This document shows positions 53,960 through 64,000 of a stretch of 64,000 nucleotides of DNA, piece by piece. The notes beneath the pieces were generated by a model that was not told the DNA's origin, made no database searches, and was given only the letters and a program-made list of their open reading frames with translations. Positions within the stretch are counted from its first letter, which is position 1. Each line of letters starts with the position of its first letter. The stretch spans positions 192,882,001 to 192,946,000 of the forward strand of contig OZ024743.1 in NCBI GenBank assembly GCA_964016885.1, written 5' to 3'. This DNA is from Eledone cirrhosa (lineage: Eukaryota). Both the position numbers and the translations under genes were made by a program.

Positions 53960-56900
53960 GCAAACAGCCGCAAACATACTAACAAACGTAATCTTATTAA
54001 ACAGTGTGTCCACAACAACTCCAGGCACCAGTCTTTCCCTAAACAGGAAAACCCTTTTTTATGCATTATGATTCTGGCTAAAGAGAGCGAAAAAACCTTC
54101 TGACAACCACGCAACACCAACCTCTGCTATTACCCCAGTACACAAACTCCCAAATCTGTCATTAGCCAACAAACACACAAAACGACCCCCAAAACAGTCA
54201 AAGACAGCCACAACTCTAGCCTCAACAATTTTGCACAAGGCATTTCCATTAATGCACAAAAATGGAATACCCAATTCATTTTAGGATTGGAATGATGGCC
54301 ATCCACACCACATCCCTTTCTTCATCCTAACTGAGAAACATCTCGACAACTCCCACCTGAAATCTAAAGTGAGAGTGAGGAATGTTACATCCATCCGCGC
54401 TGATTGTGTCTGCAGAAGAAAAGGCGGAACTACCATTTTCTTGCATAATTATTTTAGGGTAGCCACACATGACACATTTTTCAATGGCTACTGTTTCAAT
54501 AGCTACTGTTTCAATGGCTACTGTTGGTCTATAGAACCCAACTAATGCCTGAACAGTAGTTGGGCTCTATAGGCCACCCTAAACGTCTCAATTATGCTTC
54601 AAGGAATGCCTCAACAGGATAAAGTCTTTTATCCAACAGTGCCATACTGGTGACATTCTAATGATAGGTGACTTCAACCTCCCTGTGTTGATTGGTCTAC
54701 AAACAGCTATTTCTACCTCAGCCCCTGACAAAGCAGCAGTAGAGTCACTCACTCTTCGACTTCATGGATGAATGTTTACTGTCCCAACTTGTAGTCACAC
54801 CAACAAGATGTAACAAAAACATTTTGAACCTAGTGTTTAGTAACCACGCAAACACCATTCACAATACTGCAGTGAAAAAAACCTTCCTCTCAGACCATGA
54901 CATGGTTGTCTGTAACCTGAGATTCCACCAGCCAATGACCTCTCTCCAGCCCACCTATTTTATAACAGATCTTTATAATGCCAACTGGAATGCAATCATT
55001 CACGATCTTTCACATACACACAGACCTTCACCAACATCAAAACATCTTGGCAGGTATTTGATGACACCGTTACAAATATATGTGCAAAACATACCCCATA
55101 AAGTTCTGTGAACAAAACTAAGTGCAGAATTCCCAGGAATAGAAAAACTATCGTAAGAAAAATAAAAATAAATTTTTAAAAATCAACCAACTAAAATACT
55201 GCCAGCAGCAACACACCCATTTGAATGCTATTGCATTGCTTGAATAAAAAAAAAAAAAAAAAAAGCATAACCCCCAAAGCAGCACGAAGATTATCATCAA
55301 TGACCAAAGAACAGCCCAGACTATTGAGAAAACCAAACTCAATCCCAAAGTGTTCTTTTCATTTGTCAAAAAAACACAAGGTCACTGTTGCCACTGTCGG
55401 CCCTCTGATTGATGAAAATAACCCCCTCCGTAATGATGCTAAAATCATGACTGACATACAGCTGAAACAACACTGCTCTGATTTTAGCAATCTTAATATG
55501 GTTGGCCTGGACAGTATCAGTGATGTATACCATCAACACACTATAGTTGACATAATGTTTGGTGCCCCTGATATATTAGAGGCAATAAACCACATCAAGC
55601 ACAACTCAGCAGTGGGCTCTGATAGGTTCTCTACTAGTGTCCTGAAGAATTGCCTACATATACATGCATCTTCTTTTGCTAATCTTTGGAGAAACACACT
55701 GGACGCAAGCTATATCCCTGAACATTTCCTGTCTCAGTCTGTTGTCCCAGTCTTCAAAAAGGGGAACAAGTCCCTTGTAGTGAATTACGATCTAATCTCA
55801 CTCACCTCTCGCATTATCAAAGTATTTAAGAGTGTGGTGAGATCACAAATAACTTACTTCCTTAAAAAGAACAATCCGCTGAACTCCAATTAGCATGTTG
55901 GCAGGGACTGCCTGGCGCAGCTTCTGCATCACTTTGTTCACATCCTAAAAGCTTTGATTTCAGCAAGCCCTTTGACAGGGTATAACAACATCCTGTTAAA
56001 GAAACTATCCAGCACTGAAGTCTGTGAAAAGCTATTGCAGTGAATTACATGTTTCCTGACAAACAGATCCCAGCATATTGTGGTCGGAGGAATTCGATTA
56101 AGATCAGCCAAAGTCAATGGTAGAATCCCACAAGGCACTGTGTTCGGCTCACTTCTTTTCATTATCTACATAAATGCTGCTATGGTCCATCATCAAGTAC
56201 TGTAAGATAAAATTATAAAGGTCATCAAGCACAGCAAGATGAGAATTTTCGCAGATGATTCAAAGCTCCAGAAGGTCATCAACGGAGTGGGAGACCGGAC
56301 ATGTCGAATCTGCTCGCTGTTATCCAATGGGCGACAAAAAAGAACATGCTACTAAACGAGGATAAATTTGAGTTAATCCACTTTGGAAAAGAGGATGCAA
56401 TGAAGTTACCATATTCTCTTCCCTCGGGTGAAACCCTTGTAGCATCAAACAACACCAGAGACCTTGGAGTAATTGTTAACAACTTAGGCTGAAGTACTCA
56501 CATAAACACCAAAGTTGACTTGGCCCGCAGGATCTGTTCCTGAATTCTCAGAACTTTCCAGTCGAGAGAAATTCACACCATCATCCTACTCTACTCTACC
56601 TTTTCCCGGCTCCACCTTGAATAATGTCGCGTCCACTGTGGTCTCCTCCCAAGAAGCAAAATATTGTGAAAATTGAAGCCTCCAGAGGTCAATTACAAAA
56701 AGGATAGTCGGTATTTGAGACCTTGACTTCTGGGGCCGACTAGAAAAGCTCAAACTCTACGCTCTCCAACGCCGCCGTGAGCGCTATATCATCTGCATGG
56801 TGTGGAAAATATTCCATCAATATTGCACAAATGATCACCTTTAAAATCCACCCAAAGCTTGGTCTCCCTGCTATCCACCCATAACAAATATCAAACTTGC

Positions 56901-57205
56901 ATCCAATAACAACGATACGACAGAATTATTTCACCTCAACTCGCTCCGCTCTCTTTAATATCACACCGAAATACACCAAGACAGAAAAATATTTTAAAGT
57001 TTGCTGGCCAAATTCTTCCAAGAACTCCCGGATAAACCCGCTACACCTGGATATGTCTCTGAAAACAACAACACTTTACGTGTGGGGGCCATGGTGTCCA
57101 AAACTAGGTTGTGAGTCTATAATCTGAAAGACTTCGCCAGGTGGTGATATTAAGTTAAACATAGCCTGGGCCAACACTGGCCGAAACCTATCAAATTTAC
57201 AAAAC
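53960..57205 (+). pseudogene. CR1-group LINE relic (APE endonuclease plus RT)
   Basis: IGDFNLP, PTRCNKNILNLVFSN, LSDHDMV, PVFKKG, ISLTS, GIPQGTVFGSLLFIIYIN, FADDSK, RDLGVI, LYALQRRRERYI motifs, with many stops and frameshifts. Confidence 0.88.
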
Positions 57206-57219
57206 ATATATATATATAT

Positions 57220-57263
<44 letters not shown>

Positions 57264-57344
57264 TAATTTAGTCCAGAAATAGCCATCGAAACGGCTTGAG
57301 CTCTGCCGTCGGGATCATATTTTTCCTATATATATATATATATA

Positions 57345-58280
57345 TATGAAAACAGAGAGAAAAAGATGATTATTAGGAAGAAAAGTATATTTTTTTTCCT
57401 TTTTATTTTTTTCTCTCTTTTTTCTGGGTTAGAAAATGATTAAAACGAAATATTTTACTTTGTGTGAAGTGTTAAGGTATTAGTTGATTTATTTCTTAAT
57501 TAACAATGGCATTTATTTATTTATTTATTTATATATTTAATAATTGTCTATTACCGGTTTCAGCATTTTTATGCATTATCAAATGATAGTGATATGTATT
57601 GGTGTAGAATGGTGATGTTGGACATGTTAAAGTAATGCTGCAGAAAGAATAATGTTTTTTACAAACAAGGTTTATGAAGTGAAAAGAAAAAAGAAAAAAG
57701 GGCGTAATATGGAGCATAATAAGGCAATGTGAAAGAAAAAATAATGTTATTTACAGGCATAGTTCTTGAAGATAATCAGATCAAAATGTGTTAATATAGC
57801 AAGGGGGCTTAGTTGATCCATGATGGAGGCAAATGGTGGACTAGAGTTTGATATGATTTCCCTTTTTAGAGAGTTAATATGCAGGGGGAAGTAATTCAGG
57901 GTGGGAGAGAAATGGTAGAAGGTATTTAATTAATTTAAGAAAAAGGATTAGGTAAGGTGTAAGAGAGGTAACTCTTTAGAGAGACAGGTATTTGTAAATG
58001 TTTCATTGTTCGTTCCAGTTTTAGTTTAGTCCGAAGTTTAGTGCATTAAGTAGACGTTGGAATTTGTTAATGAAATACGTTTCCTGATTGGTACGATGGA
58101 TGAAAGAAGCGTTGTCTATGAATTTGTAAATGGGGAAAAATTTTAAAGTTTGGATGTTGGTTGGTTGCACAATTGGCGATATGTTCACTAAATGCAATCT
58201 TTCTGTATTCCTGTATTTTGATTTGTGATTTATGGACGGTCATACGTTGTCGGAGGGTGTTTTTTGTCTGTCTTATGTAG
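57345..58280 (-). mobile_element. 5'-truncated PLE of a second clade (GIY-YIG end, 3' UTR, hammerhead)
   Basis: My translation from ~58278: YIRQTKNTLRQRMTVHKSQI...SEHIANC...FKIF.PIYK...R..QETYFINKFQRLLN. Hammerhead TTGATAA-tgca(taaaaa)tgct-GAAA-ccgg-TA at 57548-57589. Confidence 0.75.
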
Positions 58281-58284
58281 AGCA

Positions 58285-58450
58285 GGTCAAAACATATATA
58301 TATATGTAAAAGGTAAACAGAAATAACAACACAATCGGAACAGTATATGGAAGGGAGATATTAGGGGACGGGCGGATTGGAATTGGAAAAAATGTCTTTA
58401 GATAAAAATAACAGGTCCATTCATGTTGACATCTCTTGCGTTTTGTGTGT
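58285..58450. repeat. Unclassified dispersed repeat (reverse copy at ~8015-8235)
   Basis: caagagatgtcaacatgaatggacctgttatttttatctaaagacattttttccaattcc is shared between the two sites. Confidence 0.8.
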
Positions 58451-58542
58451 GACTTATTTTTTAGAAAAATGGATGATGGAGCGCGTCTACCTGAAATGGA
58501 AGAAAACCGTTTTGTAAAGAGAGCTATACTTTGCACGTGCGT

Positions 58543-58658
<116 letters not shown>

Positions 58659-58747
58659 ATAGTCCGTACGAAGCTAAGAAGAAATGTGTGTGTATATGTG
58701 AGTAAAAGAGTGTGTGTGCACGTAAGTACGAAGTATATATATATATA

Positions 58748-59233
58748 CTAGCCGAATCACCCGCGCCTTTGTAAGAAAATGATGATTGATTTTAAATCAG
58801 TGATATAATTTATGGAGAAAAACTCTGCATTTCAACATTACTCAATGTAAAATGTAATGCGTGAAAAATTGGAAAACATTATTTTTTGTAATATATCAAA
58901 TCAAAATTACATTATTAAATCTTATTCTTATTTTGTTTCTTGTAAATAATTTTTTTTCAAAATATCAATTCAAAACTTTTGTGAATAGGCATCATATCTT
59001 GTCATTTACCTATGGTTTAAATTTCATATAAATCGAAGGGAAAAAAATTTCAGCGAGGGTTTTCAGCGGGAGTTTGAGGCTCCGGGGAACCCTTTATACG
59101 TAAGAAATATACGTAAGAAATCAAATGGGCATGAGCCCCACACACATGTCAAGTTTCATCAAGATCTGTTTGGTAGTTTTTGAGTTTTAGATTCACAAAC
59201 AAACAAACACGCAAACAGACAGAAATTGCCATT

Positions 59234-59240
<7 letters not shown>
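58748..59240 (-). mobile_element. Probable non-autonomous Helitron
   Basis: Minus-strand 3' end CTAG|T preceded by a partial GC hairpin. The other end has aagtttcatcaagatc...agtttt...(caaa)n cagacaga...ttta, as in invertebrate Helitron-derived repeats. Confidence 0.5.
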
Positions 59241-59306
<66 letters not shown>

Positions 59307-59740
59307 ATACTTTGGAAGGGTCATGTTGCCAATAAGAAACACACGCACCAGTTGCTTTCACTCCAATTTATTATAAATTAAATTATAAATTTAAGAAATT
59401 TATAAATTTCCGGTTGGTTGGTTGGTTCCACAACCGGACTGTTGTTCATATATTGTCAAAGTTCTTTCGTCACACATTCTGTGACCTCATTAGTGACCAG
59501 GGATTCTTTTCTTTGTTTTGTGCATCTCCTTTGTTCTGTCCTACGCCATCTTGTTTTTGTGTGTGTTGTGTGCTTAGTTTGTGCATGTGTTACATCCGGG
59601 TGTCTGTGTGTGTTTTTATTTGTTTATTTACATGTTACTAGTAACACGTGTATACTCTGGGAATGTATCTTACATTGCCCATGGAGTACGCTGCGATACA
59701 ACCGGTACCTGCATTGATAAATATGCTGGGTCCGTCAAGT

Positions 59741-59778
<38 letters not shown>

Positions 59779-60950
59779 GGGATTTGAAAACTTTAAAATA
59801 ATTTGGGAACAAATCACATTTAGCATTCTAAGCCATCATCTGATTTACGAGAAAATACTGCGTAATCTAGGGACTATTCATGTATATTCCATTAGTACTG
59901 TAAATCCAGAAATACAATTTTATCGCAGACTACAGTAGAAGTAAATTGTTGATTCTGAAATCAGTTTCTTTAATAATTGTCTGATAAACTGGCAAAAAAA
60001 AAACGCTCACAAAATTACATCACCAACACCACGATCACTTCAGCTATAATTCACTAAGAAATTTCCAGCGTATTATAAAACAACTGCGAGCAGGATTGCT
60101 ACAGAAACAGTCGTAACGTGCAACCGGATGATACACTGTGGCCTTCATCTATCTATCTATCTATCTATCTACCCAGGCATTAAACGGTAGACTGATAGAT
60201 ACACACAGATACTGAAAATATCTTAGCAGCAAAGAGATTCCTCTTTCCTTAATATCATCAGCTGGAGCACGTAACATGAAACTATATCCTGTCTGAGAGC
60301 CTGAAGAACTTTCTCCACTAACAGAACCGTGTGTTCACATCTCCCCATCCCTCTCTTTTCCTCTATATCTGACTGTCTGTCTATATATCTGTTACTGTCT
60401 CCCTTTCTTTCATTTACTCATACACTCATACGCTCACACTCACAGACAGCCACACCCACACACATACCTATACATATATATATACATACACACACACATA
60501 TATATACATACATATACATATATACATATATACATACATGCATATATATGTACATACATACATACATACATACATACATACATACATACATACATACATA
60601 CATACATACATACACAAACACATAGACATACATGTACAATCACATATACAGACACATGTACAAACACATACACACACACACGCACAATCACATACACACA
60701 CGTGTAAACACATATACACACACAAATGTACAAACACATACACACCTACAATCACACACAAACACGTACATAAAAACACACAGAAACACACACACACACA
60801 CACACACATAAGCATACACAGGTATAAACACATACATACACGAACAAACACCTACACACAGAAACACACACACACACACAAACATACAAACACACACACA
60901 CAAACGCACACACACAAACCTACAAACACACACACACACAGTTATACACA

Positions 60951-60994
<44 letters not shown>

Positions 60995-61234
60995 TACACA
61001 CACGCAAACACACACAACACACACACACACATATAAACACACACTCACACACACACATGGAAACAAATTAAACTCAACCACATTCTCAGACACCCAGTTT
61101 TGTCTGGAAGCAATTTTGATTTATGTTTTCACTTCAGAATGAAATAAGGTGTAAACAGCTAAAAATAGCACACACACACACACACATATCTATATCTATA
61201 TACACTCACACACACACACATCTATATATACACA

Positions 61235-61327
<93 letters not shown>

Positions 61328-61561
61328 TCACACATTAAAGGATCGTCGATCGACTTTCGTCAAATCGGACCGAGGAAACAATGTTTCCGTTGGTCTTTCC
61401 AATTGCTAATACTATCTATCGGTCGCAACTCCAGGTAGAAGGAGCAACGTGAAATTAAGTGTCTTGCTTAAGGACATAACGCATCGCCCGGTCCAGGAAT
61501 CGAACTCACAACCTCAATATTGTGAATCCAATTCTCTAACCACTCAGCCACACGCATTCAC

Positions 61562-61635
<74 letters not shown>

Positions 61636-61765
61636 CACTCACACACATACACAAATACACATCCACACAGACACACATGGCCACACACATACATACGCAC
61701 ATACACATACACATAAACACACATACATACGCAAATACACACATATTCACATAGAGATATTCACA

Positions 61766-61799
<34 letters not shown>

Positions 61800-63380
61800 T
61801 ACATATATTTAAGTGTGGAAATGTGTTTATGTTCATGTGTGTGTGTTGCATGTGAGTGTGTATGTGTGTATTTGTATTAATGAGTATATGATTGTGCGTG
61901 TGTATGTGACTGTGTATTCATGTGTGTGTTTGTATCTATGGGTGTGTCTGTGTTTATGTGTGTTTCTGTATGTGTGTGTGTATGCGTATTTATGAGTCTG
62001 TGTGTGCGTATGTGGGTGTATGTGTATGTATGTGTGCGTGTGTGTTAGGCCTACGTCAAGGACCATTTGAAACCATGACAGGGTCCCTAGGCTTTCTAGT
62101 TTATCAGAACCACCGCCCTCTGGTACTTCAATCGTTCCCTCCTCTACAGCAAAACATCGAGGGCCTCTGCAGCTTCATCCTAGCCAGCCTAATTATTATG
62201 GCACTGCCTTCGTCGTTTCCGAAGTGTTCCAGTTGTTTGATCAATGGAATAGCATTCCATATACACATTTATCCGTAAGGTATTTCTCAGGGAGATTCAG
62301 CGTGACACAATTATGTGACAAGACCCACGTTTTGAATTACAGGTATAGCTGTTTTTCTCAACTGAGTAGACTACAGCAAGGTGAAATATAATGTCTTGCA
62401 GCCGAGAATCTAACACATGACCTCACAACAGGTAGCCGAACATCCTAACAACTAACCCATACGCCTTGATAAATATATAACTATGTAAAGGATGAGGATT
62501 TTAGGTGCCTATAGGGCTTTGAGTGAGCATAGATACCCTCTCAAACCCCCCAACCCCCCAACCCCCAGCTCTAGATCCAGGATGTGACAACTAGAGGGGA
62601 AAAAGGCTGCCCAAGTATTGACCTGCAACTGTTTTTAACCTAGAGGTTAAAAGCAATACCACACAGGGTTAAACTCAATGCACAGGCCGGCAAAATAAAT
62701 TCCCAACTTTTAAACGACACTGTAAAGTCTAATTAATTATTTTAAAGACAGTAGTGCAGTATTTGAGGGAGGTTTTACGGTAATAAATCCTGCTTTTCGG
62801 TTGCTATTTCTAGCAGGGAATTTGACTGGTTAGAGGTCTCTTTATTTACTCGCCATGCTTACACATATTTAATGTTGCTTAACACAAAGTCAACTTTGAT
62901 TAAAGTCTATTAATCCAAACTATTCCAGTCATGACGATCCCTTCTCTTTTAGACATACGCTGTAAAAATAGTGAACATACATGACGACGTAGTTTTTATT
63001 CTTAGTTCTACCCCGTTAAACGGAGTTGCTTCCCTTGAAACTAAGTCCTCCCTTTCACCCAATATACGTTCCTTATGAGAAGTCTGTTAAGATAAATAAT
63101 TGTTTCTACTTTTTGGCACAAGGCCAGCAATTACCCAGTGCATTACTGGTACTTTATTTTATCGACCCCGTAAGGATGAAAGGCAAAGTTAACCTCGGGG
63201 GGATTTGAACTCAGAATGGCAAATAATATTTATCTTATATATATTATATATATTTGTGTATAAGTCACACTCGCTCGTAGAGAAATCGTATGGTGGCTTC
63301 TCGTGTCATATTTTTATGGGAAAGAGCGCGACCTATATAGTAGATGTATAGTATGTAGCTTAGCCAGATCTACTGTATTT

Positions 63381-63467
<87 letters not shown>

Positions 63468-64000
63468 TATATGACGAACGACAGCGAAGATAGTCGTATA
63501 CACTAATCTGGACTTCCGTCAGTTTCGACAGTGAGCATTCTAGTTGTTCGATCAACGGAACCTACTCATAAAATTAATCTGCAAGTCGCCGAGCATTCAC
63601 AAACACATCCTTAACATAATTCTCAAAGCGACTCAGCGTTACATTGTGTATGACAAGTTTAGCCCTTTGAATTTTGGGTACTGTCCATCTGACGGGCTTC
63701 CATATAGTTTCCGTCTACCGAATTTCAATCACAAGGCTTGATCACAAAACCATAATAGATCACAAAACTATAATAGATAACAATTGCTCATAATACCATA
63801 CACTGAGATCGAACCCGGGACCTTATGATTACGAAGTGAGCATCTTAACCATTCGGCTATGTTGCGCCTACACTATTCATAGAATACAATGGAATTTAAT
63901 TTTCAAAACCGAGGAATGTCAAATATGATGGTATGTTAGTTAAGTGTCTTTACACGAATCCCGCAACACAGTGTGATGATACCATACAAATCTTTGACAA

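Overview
AT-rich, microsatellite-saturated animal genomic DNA. The SINE, LINE and microsatellite landscape looks like a coleoid cephalopod (Octopus-like); this is inference. Only one host-gene piece is visible: the first coding exon of a PDZ-LIM (Zasp/ALP/Enigma family) gene on the minus strand (19281-19379), whose intron apparently runs past the window start. The rest is mobile DNA: a near full-length decayed Tx1/L1-clade LINE in a (TATC)n tract with two extra related 3' tails, a CR1-group LINE relic, RTE fragments and an RTE-derived non-autonomous element (3 copies), an R4/Dong-like RLE fragment, several Penelope-like element (PLE) bodies with GIY-YIG domains, mariner, hAT and Tc1-type MITEs, a probable Helitron and many tRNA-derived SINEs. 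The most striking signal is invisible in the ORF track. About 15 minimal type-I hammerhead ribozyme motifs from several unrelated families sit in or next to (TA)n tracts, including a compensated U3-A8 core variant. Many lie inside fold-back palindromes, one of which is centred exactly on a predicted cleavage site. Nearly all long ORFs in the supplied track are microsatellite translation artefacts. All ribozyme, identity and copy-number statements were made by eye and need computational confirmation.
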